Part shown: one piece after another, positions 27,142 through 35,355 of the stretch
Numbering within the stretch: position 1 is the first letter of the stretch
How the letters are laid out: each line of letters starts with the position of its first letter
Source of the DNA: a virus
Lineage: Duplodnaviria; Caudoviricetes
IMG/VR virus record: IMGVR_UViG_3300048606_000186
Span: 14,844 to 78,843 of that record
DNA: 64,000 bases
Direction: 5' to 3' (one strand)
Notes under the pieces: generated by a model
Database searches by the model: none
What the model was told of the DNA's origin: nothing
What the model saw: only the letters and a program-made list of their open reading frames with translations
Translations under genes and position numbers: made by a program

Positions 27142-28140
27142 TCAGCCGACCGCCGCGGCGCGCGCCCGGACGATCTCGACGAAGCCGTCGGTCAGCGCGG
27201 CCAGGTTTTCGAGGCTGCTGCTGTTCGGCAGCGTGTCCATCGGGACGTCGTCGAGCGCCCCTTCGCTGGCATGGCCACGGGGCGGCGCGTCGAAACCCGG
27301 CCGGATCTTGGCCGGCACGCCGCCGAGCTCGCAGACAAGGTCGAACTCGTTGGCAAAGCGCATGTCGTCGATCACGATGTCGCGGCCACCGCCGATGATT
27401 CGCCACGCGTCGATCTTAAGGCGCATGATCGCGATCCACAGGTCGGGCCTGACCAGTTCGCGGCCCCATTCGGTGCCGAGCGTCTGCTGGAGATAGCGCG
27501 ACGTGAGACCGGTCCGGCCGAGCACCTGGTCGACGATCCATTTGTTGAGCGAGCAGATGATGTAGCGCGGCGTCACGCCGAGCCCGTCGATCTCCTGGTT
27601 GGCCAGGTCGCCGTGGAGCATGCGATCGATCGTGCGCTCGTCGAATGCGAGGTCATTCAGCATCGCGCGGACCATGGCCTCGATCATGCGGGACACGACG
27701 CAAGGCGGCATGCGCATCGGGAGGCTGTCGGTCACGATTTCCTTGAGGTCGCCCTCCACCATGCGCTCGATCATTTCGACCGGATAAGCGAGCGAGCGCA
27801 GCATCGCGCGGAGCATCTCCTTCAGCGTGCCGGCGAACTTCAGCGCCATGAAACCGTGGCGCTCGACCAGGCGACGGGCGACCTCGGATTTCCCCGAACC
27901 CATGGCCGGCGCACAGAGCGCGATCAGGATCGGGGGCGGAGGCGGAGGGGCGGGTTCCGCATAGGCGATGCGGCCGGCGGCAACGGGCCTGCGCTGATAT
28001 AAGCCCCTGGCACCAGTCTCTCCGGATAGCTCGGTTCTCGCCAGACGATCGATCCGTGCGTCAATTTCATCGTCCGGCTGTGCGTAGTCCGTGGTTCGGG
28101 CTGCATCGCTGAAAACGACTGGGCAGATGGGCTCGTTCAT
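27142..28140 (-). CDS. Deoxynucleoside monophosphate kinase with internal duplication
   Basis: P-loop APAMGSGKS, FAGTLK.ML, QTLGTEWGR, IVIDDMRF.NE, H.SE motifs. Confidence 0.85.
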   Translation of the reverse strand: MNEPICPVVFSDAARTTDYAQPDDEIDARIDRLARTELSGETGARGLYQRRPVAAGRIAYAEPAPPPPPPILIALCAPAMGSGKSEVARRLVERHGFMALKFAGTLKEMLRAMLRSLAYPVEMIERMVEGDLKEIVTDSLPMRMPPCVVSRMIEAMVRAMLNDLAFDERTIDRMLHGDLANQEIDGLGVTPRYIICSLNKWIVDQVLGRTGLTSRYLQQTLGTEWGRELVRPDLWIAIMRLKIDAWRIIGGGRDIVIDDMRFANEFDLVCELGGVPAKIRPGFDAPPRGHASEGALDDVPMDTLPNSSSLENLAALTDGFVEIVRARAAAVG

Positions 28141-28256
28141 GGCCACAGGCTCCAGAGGAGGAAGACAAGGATGGCGAGGCCGATCGTCTCCACACAGCCG
28201 GTGTTGCTGCGGTTGACGCGATCCTCGGGAGGTTCGGCGGGAGCATGGTCCGGCAT
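28137..28256 (-). CDS. Small membrane peptide (39 aa)
   Basis: MPDHAP...RSNTGCVETIGLAILVFLLWSLWP*; stop overlaps kinase ATG. Confidence 0.5.
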   Translation of the reverse strand: MPDHAPAEPPEDRVNRSNTGCVETIGLAILVFLLWSLWP

Positions 28257-28257
28257 G

Positions 28258-28401
28258 TCAAAGCCCCCACGGCGGCAGCAGCCTGGCCAGGAAGCTCAGG
28301 TTTTCAACGATCGACTGGACGATCACCGCGATGAGCGCCATAGCCACCGCCGGGCCAGCGCAGCCGGAACCGTTGGATCGATAAAGGCGTGCGTCGCTCA
28401 T
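28258..28401 (-). CDS. Small membrane peptide (47 aa)
   Basis: MSDARLYRSNGSGCAGPAVAMALIAVIV...; coupled to neighbours. Confidence 0.5.
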   Translation of the reverse strand: MSDARLYRSNGSGCAGPAVAMALIAVIVQSIVENLSFLARLLPPWGL

Positions 28402-28493
28402 GCTGATTGCTTCGGCACGGTGGTCAGATGAACCGGTCGAACGATACCGCTTCGGTCGAGCGCGAACAGATGACCGGGATAGAGCTCGTTCAT
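28398..28493 (-). CDS. Small peptide (31 aa)
   Basis: ATGA overlaps at both ends. Confidence 0.35.
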   Translation of the reverse strand: MNELYPGHLFALDRSGIVRPVHLTTVPKQSA

Positions 28494-29062
28494 ATCGCCA
28501 CCGCCTCGCCGGTCAGCTCGGTGAAGCGCGCGGCGAACATCCGGGTGGCCGACTCCGGCCCCCAGCAATGGATTTCGATGTCGGCGGGTTCGCCGGCGAC
28601 GTTCCAATCGTGGGGGACCGGGTTCATCACCGCCTCGCGCTCGGTCAGCAGGATGGCGCGGTCGGCCGCCGTGACGCAGTCGGGCTGCATGATCGGCAGA
28701 TTGAAGCGTGTCGCCACGGCCTGCCAGTTGAGGAATTCGATCTCGCGATAGCCGTGCAGTTTGTATTTGAACGGCCGCCGCACGTCACCGACATAGGCCT
28801 CGGCCGCGTCGTGCATCAGGCCAGCGAAGGCGTGTTCGGGCGGAACGATGTGGCTGACGTGGACGCTATGCTCCGCGACCGAATAGAAACGCCGGCACAT
28901 GCCGTTGTAGCGACAGATCTTGCCAAGCGCCTGGGCGATATCCTCAATGAACACGTCTTCGGGTCGCGGGTCGAATGGGAAATAGGGCCTTCCGGTCCAA
29001 CTGTGGGTCCAGTTGCCGCGCGCCTCCTGGCCGGCGATGCGGTTGTCGTAGCCGCCGCTCAT
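28490..29062 (-). CDS. HD-domain 5'-deoxynucleotidase/phosphohydrolase (YfbR-like)
   Basis: IEDIA.AL...CRY.G....FYSVAEHSV...LMHDAAEAYVGD..RP.K. Confidence 0.9.
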   Translation of the reverse strand: MSGGYDNRIAGQEARGNWTHSWTGRPYFPFDPRPEDVFIEDIAQALGKICRYNGMCRRFYSVAEHSVHVSHIVPPEHAFAGLMHDAAEAYVGDVRRPFKYKLHGYREIEFLNWQAVATRFNLPIMQPDCVTAADRAILLTEREAVMNPVPHDWNVAGEPADIEIHCWGPESATRMFAARFTELTGEAVAI

Positions 29063-29247
29063 CGGACCATCACCAGAACGATGTAGCTCGCGATGGTCGA
29101 TGCCGCGGCGATACAGAGGTGGTAGCGCCAGTCGATGGCCCGCAACCGTTCGGAAAGCGACGGCGGTTTCGGCGCCGACATCCTGGGGCCGAGCAGGATC
29201 ATCGCGCGTTCGCGCGGTGTCGGCTGTGGCTTGATGCGGATGTTCAT
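29059..29247 (-). CDS. Small membrane protein
   Basis: 62 aa with C-terminal TM helix; coupled overlaps. Confidence 0.55.
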   Translation of the reverse strand: MNIRIKPQPTPRERAMILLGPRMSAPKPPSLSERLRAIDWRYHLCIAAASTIASYIVLVMVR

Positions 29248-29570
29248 GCGGCCTCCACGGTCAAAGCCTCGAGATGAAGCCGGACATCGTTGTGCACGCG
29301 CTCGTCCGCGAGGCAGGTGATGCCCGCGAGAATGTGGCCCCGCAGCTCGATTTCGCGTTCGGCGAGGCCGTTCAGGAAGGCGTCGGCGACCGGACGCGAT
29401 GACGGCCCCTTAATCGAGAGCGTGAGCCGGTGACGTTCGCCGGAGAAGGTGACGCTCGCCCAAGGCCGACCGGTCGCTTCGACGACCTCCACCGTGGCAC
29501 CGTCGGCGTTGGCTCGGCCGGCATCCAGGCGGAGGGCGGCGGCGAGGGCGGTGGCGGCGTCCGGTCTCAT
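29244..29570 (-). CDS. Hypothetical protein of a sphingomonad-type family
   Basis: RPWAS.TFSG.RH.L....AFL..L...E..L.GH....I....EALTV pattern. Confidence 0.6.
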   Translation of the reverse strand: MRPDAATALAAALRLDAGRANADGATVEVVEATGRPWASVTFSGERHRLTLSIKGPSSRPVADAFLNGLAEREIELRGHILAGITCLADERVHNDVRLHLEALTVEAA

Positions 29571-29824
29571 GACGCGCTCCGATCAGGGTTCGGTTCTGGG
29601 TCATGGTCGGCGCGGCCAAACAGCCAAATCCCGAGTGACCACAGCCCAGCGAACGGGAGGTAGAGCAGGACAAACGGCCAGAAGCAGCAGCCAATGATGG
29701 CGAACTGACCGATGACTATTTGGCCGTGATCTGTCGGCTCTTTGCGGCCCAGATAATGCACAGCGAAAAAAACGATGGCGCCGACAATCGCCCAGGCAGT
29801 CAAAGAGAGTTGCCACCAATTCAT
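29567..29824 (-). CDS. Membrane protein (2 TM)
   Basis: MNWWQLSL...; ATG 29824 overlaps upstream stop. Confidence 0.55.
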   Translation of the reverse strand: MNWWQLSLTAWAIVGAIVFFAVHYLGRKEPTDHGQIVIGQFAIIGCCFWPFVLLYLPFAGLWSLGIWLFGRADHDPEPNPDRSAS

Positions 29825-29967
29825 GTCAGTACCGGCGGCGCGAGGCTCATATCCGACGCGACGGCGACCTCGACGACGACCGGTGGCAGCGTTTTGGCCA
29901 TGGCGAGCGAGGAGATGCCGGTCCGCAGGGCGGCTTTGTGGAAGCGAAGGCTGTAATCGCGCTTCAT
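29821..29967 (-). CDS. Small hypothetical protein (48 aa)
   Basis: ATGA coupling at both ends. Confidence 0.35.
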   Translation of the reverse strand: MKRDYSLRFHKAALRTGISSLAMAKTLPPVVVEVAVASDMSLAPPVLT

Positions 29968-30266
29968 GCCCGCAAGGCCTTGTTGCGCCAGGCCGGATCG
30001 TCGGAGCGGCTCGGCCGGGGGCGATAGAGCTTGCTGGACCGGGGACGCCCGAGCGTGGCCGCAACGTCGCGATAGCCTTGCTCTTCGGCCTGCACCGGAG
30101 TCAGTGCAGGGTTGCGCAGCATGGCCTTGAGAGGGGCCACCGACAGAGCCGCATTGATTCGCTTGTTCGAGACGGGCGTAAAACCCGGCTCCCGCGCGAG
30201 TTGGCGGACGCGACGCGCCTTCATTTCGGCGCGATGGGCCGCGCTACGTGGATGGTTTCGGTTCAT
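29964..30266 (-). CDS. Basic hypothetical protein
   Basis: 100 aa, AGGGGAG SD directly after operator-like site. Confidence 0.6.
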   Translation of the reverse strand: MNRNHPRSAAHRAEMKARRVRQLAREPGFTPVSNKRINAALSVAPLKAMLRNPALTPVQAEEQGYRDVAATLGRPRSSKLYRPRPSRSDDPAWRNKALRA

Positions 30267-30275
30267 TATCTCCCC

Positions 30276-30294
30276 TTCCCACTAAAACATGAAA
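30276..30294 (-). promoter_or_regulatory. Operator-like site (TTTCATGTTTTAGTGGGAA)
   Basis: Between stop 30296 and SD of 30266. Confidence 0.65.
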
Positions 30295-30295
30295 C

Positions 30296-30673
30296 TCAGA
30301 TCGTCGGAACGACGCGCGGCACCTGCTGCACCTGGCCCTGCGAAGCCTCATGTTCCCGCGCCAGAGCGACCAGGGTCGCGGCGCCGAGGTTGAAGATCAG
30401 GCATACTTCGGCGAGCCGCCGCGCTTCGGGCGGCGTCAAATGCGCGGCGCCGGCGAAGCGGGCGAGGAATGTCTCGTCGCCGTGGTTCAGCCGCGCGCGC
30501 AAGGCGGCGGCGCAAATATCGATCGGCGTCTCGAGCAGTGTGCGCGGATCCTGATCCTGCGCGTAATCGGGCAGCGCGATACCGGTCGCGGACGGCGCTG
30601 TGTCGGGCGCCGTGGCGAACGAAGGAGCGGCCAGTGAGACCATGGCTGCAAGGATCAGGGTTCTTTTGCTCAT
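30296..30673 (-). CDS. Exported protein with signal peptide
   Basis: MSKRTLILAAMVSLAAPSFA signal-peptide pattern; GGGAG SD. Confidence 0.6.
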   Translation of the reverse strand: MSKRTLILAAMVSLAAPSFATAPDTAPSATGIALPDYAQDQDPRTLLETPIDICAAALRARLNHGDETFLARFAGAAHLTPPEARRLAEVCLIFNLGAATLVALAREHEASQGQVQQVPRVVPTI

Positions 30674-30700
30674 TGCCGACTCCCTCGTTCGAAATTGCGT

Positions 30701-30719
30701 TATCCAGTAAAACATGAAA
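30701..30719 (-). promoter_or_regulatory. Operator-like site (TTTCATGTTTTACTGGATA)
   Basis: Intergenic, upstream of 30673. Confidence 0.7.
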
Positions 30720-30750
30720 TAGAGTCAAGCGAAAACGTCAGGCCGGCGCA

Positions 30751-31785
30751 TCATGCGATCAACAACCAGGCGAGGCACCGATTGCGGGCGATCTCGACCG
30801 AGAAATCAGTCGGAGGTCTAACGGTGATGTTTTCGTTCAAACCCCAGCGCGGCGGGAAGAATGGTGTCGGCATCGGTGCGGAGAGCGGGCGGTATGTCTG
30901 CTTGATTTTGCTGCGGCCGGCCCTGCCTACGATATCGGGGTGTGAAGCGCGTGAATATTTGCTGATCTCGCAGAACAGACCTTGGCAGTCGTTGAGTTGC
31001 AGCGGTCTGCCGAAAAGGCCCGGAAAATCGAGACCGAGTCGGTCGAATTCCGCATCCTGCCGGGACCACATTTCACGAATTACATCCTCGGCCGTGGCAC
31101 CGCCTGTGTCGCTGAAACACTTTGAAATTCCATCCAGGGCGCCCGGTCCGGCGACGACAAACTCGGATTCCCCAAACGCAAGCAGGCTGGAATAATTGAG
31201 GTCTAGCGCATATTGGAAGGCGAGGAAGCTTCCGAGGCCGGCATAAACATGGAGCATCTCATAAACCTGGCTGAGTGAGGTCGCTCCAGCGATTCGACAG
31301 GGCAGACCATCGGAAAGCATCCGGCTCAACAACAACAAGTGATTTTCATGTTTTCGCGCCGCACCGAACGGTGGCGATGACATGATATATGCCGCCGAAT
31401 AGATGGTTTCCCGCCTGGCCATCGCGCCAGAAAGAATCAACGCGGCGCGCTCAAGAGTTGCCTGCGTTGCCACAATAGGGCCGAGATCGGCTTCGAGCAG
31501 TTGCCAGGTCTCGATCTTATTGAAAATCTTGAACAGGAGCGTTCGGAAGAACAATTCATCAGGCGCTTGAGAACGACCCTCGCCATATTGAACTTCGCGG
31601 ATCAAATACTGGCTGATCCTGTCGGCAGCCCTGTAGGTATTGCAAAACCGCCAGTGCTGAATGATTGGGTCGTCCGTCCATGGCCCAATAGGATCAACGA
31701 GATGGCGGTAATATGCGGCCAAGCGCTCCGCCGCGAACCGCCAATAGCTGTCATAGACGGCCGTTGGTTCAAGGTTCGCCATCAA
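30751..31785 (-). CDS. 5-hmdU DNA kinase-like / aGPT-Pplase clade 1 protein
   Basis: FA.ER......PWT.DPI....RFCN.YRA.DR.SQYLIR, LLFK.FN...TW, YSAAY.M, F.AFQY..DL.YS, GPGA..GI.K.F, LC..SKY.R motifs; lower GC than flanks. Confidence 0.75.
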   Translation of the reverse strand: MMANLEPTAVYDSYWRFAAERLAAYYRHLVDPIGPWTDDPIIQHWRFCNTYRAADRISQYLIREVQYGEGRSQAPDELFFRTLLFKIFNKIETWQLLEADLGPIVATQATLERAALILSGAMARRETIYSAAYIMSSPPFGAARKHENHLLLLSRMLSDGLPCRIAGATSLSQVYEMLHVYAGLGSFLAFQYALDLNYSSLLAFGESEFVVAGPGALDGISKCFSDTGGATAEDVIREMWSRQDAEFDRLGLDFPGLFGRPLQLNDCQGLFCEISKYSRASHPDIVGRAGRSKIKQTYRPLSAPMPTPFFPPRWGLNENITVRPPTDFSVEIARNRCLAWLLIA

Positions 31786-32402
31786 TAGGATTCCAGCAAC
31801 GGGATGCAGCGCAGAACCTTGTCCCCCGGTGTGGCGTTCGGATCGCGCAGAACAGCCAGGGATTGGTCGATCAGGGCCTGCTTGCGGCCGGAGCCGCGGG
31901 GGCTCGGCACCGGAGCCCCCGAATAGTAAGCGGCGATCGCCTCGCGCAGCCAGGCCTGGTGATCTTCATCGCCGTGCCGCAAGGATTGGAATAGCGCTTC
32001 CGCTTCATCACCGTTGTTTGCCGTTACCGGATCCCTGGACAGACCTGACGACTCTTTGAAGGCCTGCTTGTCACGGATCCGGCGCTTCAGGTCGGGCGTA
32101 TCGATGCGACGAAACTCATCATATGCAGCTGTACTAAGATCGACTTCGAGCACACCGCACAGAGCGGCGAGCGTCACCATGACACCGCCCACCTCGTTAG
32201 GAACAGATCCGATCGGTCGGGCGAACACATAATCCACCACGCGACGAGCCTCGCACTTCGTCATGCCCACAGCCTGGGCCAATTCGATCGCTTCTTCGGT
32301 AAAGCGAAAGCCTCTCAGCACCGGTGTCGTTAGATCGCATGCGCCCTCGAAGACCTCGCGCATCCAGCGCATCACGTACCACTGGAAGACTTGAATTCTC
32401 AT
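31782..32402 (-). CDS. MazG-like (all-alpha) NTP pyrophosphohydrolase
   Basis: RF.EEA.ELAQA...E.GGV.VTLAAL acidic helix motif. Confidence 0.65.
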   Translation of the reverse strand: MRIQVFQWYVMRWMREVFEGACDLTTPVLRGFRFTEEAIELAQAVGMTKCEARRVVDYVFARPIGSVPNEVGGVMVTLAALCGVLEVDLSTAAYDEFRRIDTPDLKRRIRDKQAFKESSGLSRDPVTANNGDEAEALFQSLRHGDEDHQAWLREAIAAYYSGAPVPSPRGSGRKQALIDQSLAVLRDPNATPGDKVLRCIPLLESY

Positions 32403-32827
32403 ACGACGTGCTCGGCACGCTTAGGCTCTTCCACGGTTTCACATTGCAGGCGATCGAGCAGCGCAACTCTCCCCGTTCCCATGTCGACTTGGTAAAGCTG
32501 CGGATGCGGCGCCCGCCAGTCCCCATAGATATGCTCAAGCGCGCGTTCGACACGGACCTCGAGACAGCGACTGGAGAACGGGCCAGCCTTGCCGGTGCCG
32601 ATCCATTCGGCGAGATCTTCGCCCCAGGCGAGGTGCGGCGGCAACATCTTGTGGTCGATCGTCTTCAGGGCCAGCGCGAGCTCGTCGCGCAGCACCTCGG
32701 CATCGTGCGGCTCGAACCAGGCGATGACTTGCCAGGTGTGGCCGTGAAGGTTGCCCTGCGGCCGGCCCGTCTCGCCCCTGGGATAGTGGGCGGCACAAAA
32801 TACGCCGCTGACTCCGGTGCGCTTCAT
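32399..32827 (-). CDS. queD: QueD-like 6-pyruvoyl/6-carboxy-tetrahydropterin synthase
   Basis: FCAAH......LHGHT.....DH..L...E.LA.WI; ATG 32827 overlaps Fic stop. Confidence 0.7.
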   Translation of the reverse strand: MKRTGVSGVFCAAHYPRGETGRPQGNLHGHTWQVIAWFEPHDAEVLRDELALALKTIDHKMLPPHLAWGEDLAEWIGTGKAGPFSSRCLEVRVERALEHIYGDWRAPHPQLYQVDMGTGRVALLDRLQCETVEEPKRAEHVV

Positions 32828-33258
32828 TTCCCCGGCCTCCACGCCGACAGCGACTGGTAATACCAGTGGTGAAGGAACCCGAGCGGCGCATGGCCGCCCA
32901 TCATGCGCAGCCATAGCGCGCGGCCCGATCGTCCGTTGCCGTCGGTGAACGGGTGCAGGTCTTCATAGGCATGGTGAACCTCATATGGATCCGTGCCGTC
33001 GAGGATGTTGAACAGCCGGTCGCGGATTTCCGGACATCCGGGCGGTGGAACGTGATCGCCGACGTAAACATTCAGGCCGACTCGATCACGCAGCAAGGCG
33101 TCCGGTTGGACCACCGAGACGAAGCATTGCAACGACGCGATGCTGAGATCGGCGGTCAGGAACGTGGCATGCGCCTCGATTTCGGCAGCTGTCGCGGGCC
33201 GCATGATGCCTTCGATGCGGTTGCTCTCTTCCACGAAGAGGCGGAGGGTTGAGTTCAT
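32824..33258 (-). CDS. Minimal Fic-domain protein (class II)
   Basis: HPFTDGNGRSGR catalytic motif; N-terminal SNRIEG inhibitory motif. Confidence 0.9.
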   Translation of the reverse strand: MNSTLRLFVEESNRIEGIMRPATAAEIEAHATFLTADLSIASLQCFVSVVQPDALLRDRVGLNVYVGDHVPPPGCPEIRDRLFNILDGTDPYEVHHAYEDLHPFTDGNGRSGRALWLRMMGGHAPLGFLHHWYYQSLSAWRPGK

Positions 33259-34082
33259 CCGATCATCTCCTGAAGCAATCGCGGCGCGCCCCAGCGACCG
33301 CCACCGAGCGACGTGAAGTGGCGTTGCAGCGTCTGGCGAATCTTCGGCCGCCAGTGCGGCGAGCAGCGCCGTTCCGGCACGATCGCCTCGTAAATGTCCT
33401 GAACCGGTGCCGCGCCGCCGAGCTCTCGCAGAGCGATCGACACCGCCTCGCGCCATGTTCCCGGGCGCGACAGTGCATCGCGCAGCTCGTCGCGCATCCC
33501 GTCGACGTCGCGCTTCTCGGCGAACAGCATAAGGCCGGCGACATAGCGGCGACCCGTCTTGGTGAACTTGGCCCAGGTCAGCGGCTTCGAAAGGCCTGGA
33601 AACAGGGTGCGCGGGATCAGATTCACGTCGATTGCGAACCGCTCCATGTAGCGGGCAACGCGGCTCGGGGTCTGGAAGGTGTAGGCCGGCAGGATCATCG
33701 CGACCAGGCCGTCTTCCGGCAGCAGAACGTGGGCACGATCGAGCAGGGCATCAAGCAGCGCCATGTCGAACGGCGGGTTGCCGAGCAGCAGTTCTATCTT
33801 CCGCCCGGTCAAGTCCACGGTGAGGAAGTCGCCTTCGATAACGTCGCGGCCACTGGTTGCGCGCGCCACCGCGGCGGCCTTGGGATCGATATCGACGCCG
33901 AACGCGGGACAGGCGGCCGGGATAGCAGCGAGAAAGGCACCGGTGCCGCAGAAGGGTTCGGCGACATGCACCCTGCCGAGCCCGGCGAGCGCGTCCGCAA
34001 CCAGTTCCTCGGCGGCCCAGAAGGGCGTGAACACCTGGTCGAGCGTAAGGTCGCCGGTACGGCTATGGGCGTCGATCGTCAC
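33255..34082 (-). CDS. N6-adenine DNA methyltransferase with C-terminal winged-helix-like domain
   Basis: QVFTP, EPFCGTGAF (SAM), GNPPF (catalytic); C-terminal W...V..AL..LGG.A...DIY....HW..KIRQTLQ; GTG start overlaps upstream stop. Confidence 0.85.
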   Translation of the reverse strand: MTIDAHSRTGDLTLDQVFTPFWAAEELVADALAGLGRVHVAEPFCGTGAFLAAIPAACPAFGVDIDPKAAAVARATSGRDVIEGDFLTVDLTGRKIELLLGNPPFDMALLDALLDRAHVLLPEDGLVAMILPAYTFQTPSRVARYMERFAIDVNLIPRTLFPGLSKPLTWAKFTKTGRRYVAGLMLFAEKRDVDGMRDELRDALSRPGTWREAVSIALRELGGAAPVQDIYEAIVPERRCSPHWRPKIRQTLQRHFTSLGGGRWGAPRLLQEMIG

Positions 34083-34702
34083 GCGGCACCCGGCGGCCGG
34101 TCGTGGGTGGCGTCGTAGTCGGGGTCGATCCAGCCATATTCCTCGGCCGCCGCCTGGAGCGCCGCCGGCACGGCGAGGCCCGCGGCCTGCATCAGGTGCC
34201 ACAGATCGAACGAGCAGATCACGACGCAGCCGAGCGTCTCAGCGGTGTAGGCGACGGTTTCGGCGGTGCTGGCGGGAATCGGGTGGCGGGCGACGGCGCG
34301 ACTGGGGACGCCGGCGACGATCAGCCGCGCATCCTCTTCGCACATGAGACGGGCGAACTGACGCCGGGCGCCGGTTACCCGATCCTCTGCGTCAACGGCC
34401 CATTCGGCATCGACCGCCCAGGCCTTCAGGGATCCGTCGTCGAGCTTGAAGGCGTGGTAGGTTTCGACGGTGCTGTCGGCGGCCGCCCGCGCCCCGTCCT
34501 GAACTGGGCTGGCGAGGGCGCGGATGGAGGCTGCAATCTCTCGGCGGCAAATACTTGTTGGTGCCTCGCCGCGCATATATGCTTCCGACGCAGACGCGCA
34601 GGCCACCCATGCTTCGGCAATCTGGGCGCACCGCTCGATTAGCGCCCTCTCCCCCAAGCCCGCTGTCGGCTGGGCGGGGGTGGACTTGTCCTGCTCGGTC
34701 AT
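34079..34702 (-). CDS. Hypothetical phage protein
   Basis: 207 aa from ATG 34702 (ATGA overlap). Confidence 0.55.
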   Translation of the reverse strand: MTEQDKSTPAQPTAGLGERALIERCAQIAEAWVACASASEAYMRGEAPTSICRREIAASIRALASPVQDGARAAADSTVETYHAFKLDDGSLKAWAVDAEWAVDAEDRVTGARRQFARLMCEEDARLIVAGVPSRAVARHPIPASTAETVAYTAETLGCVVICSFDLWHLMQAAGLAVPAALQAAAEEYGWIDPDYDATHDRPPGAA

Positions 34703-35118
34703 TCCGAAAATCCTCCGTCCTGTCGCATGGTCTGCCCGTTCACGCCGGTCAGCGATCCCGCGTAGGTGGAGTATGGCGCTTTCTTCATCTGCCCTCGATA
34801 ACTGGCCGATACGATCACATCGGGGCCAGCCTCCCCAAGCGCCTTGTTGAACGCCTTCCGAACCCACGCTCGGACAACCCCAGTCTTCATCACCGACTGC
34901 TGATCGAAGCGGCGCTCAGCTATCACTTTCCCCCGGCCACCCACGATTTCGGCCTCGACCCGGCACTGAAAATCGATCGTGCCCCTTTCCTCCGTCGCCT
35001 CGCGCGGCATGATCAAAACCTCTCGCGCGGCTGCCGGACGCGGAAGCAAAACAGCCCGGCGATCACGGCGCAGTCGATTCGTTCCAGCGCCGCTGCTCTT
35101 CTCAATTTCCCTGACCAT
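34699..35118 (-). CDS. Hypothetical phage protein
   Basis: 139 aa, first gene after the 35178 site. Confidence 0.5.
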   Translation of the reverse strand: MVREIEKSSGAGTNRLRRDRRAVLLPRPAAAREVLIMPREATEERGTIDFQCRVEAEIVGGRGKVIAERRFDQQSVMKTGVVRAWVRKAFNKALGEAGPDVIVSASYRGQMKKAPYSTYAGSLTGVNGQTMRQDGGFSE

Positions 35119-35177
35119 GGCGGCGTTCCCGAATCATGTTGCAGTCGATTCGTTGTCTACGCCCGCACCCGCCGTAT

Positions 35178-35196
35178 CGTCAAGTAAAACCTGAAA
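35178..35196 (-). promoter_or_regulatory. Operator-like site (TTTCAGGTTTTACTTGACG) containing a TTGACG -35 hexamer
   Basis: Overlaps leftward promoter-like TTGACG-18-TAGACA. Confidence 0.65.
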
Positions 35197-35355
35197 CACA
35201 GTTTTCGATTGACATTTCCCCGAAGCCTCGGCAGAGTTCGAGTCCCCCGAATGCGACGCGGCTTCCCCCTGTGCCGCGTCCGCGCGCTGGCCCCGCCGTA
35301 TTCCTCCTCTGGTGCGGCGGGGCCTTTGCGTTTCAGCGGTGCGCTTGGGGCAGAC

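Noticed and set aside
28490-32402. Z-genome (diaminopurine) system from HD plus MazG-like genes
   Set aside because: No PurZ/adenylosuccinate-synthetase homolog seen; both enzyme types are common in ordinary phages
32399-32827. Complete 7-deazaguanine DNA-modification pathway
   Set aside because: No FolE, QueE, QueC or DpdA-like gene recognisable in the window
35232-35250. GTTCGAGTCCCCC as a tRNA or second att remnant
   Set aside because: No pairing T-stem, acceptor stem or CCA
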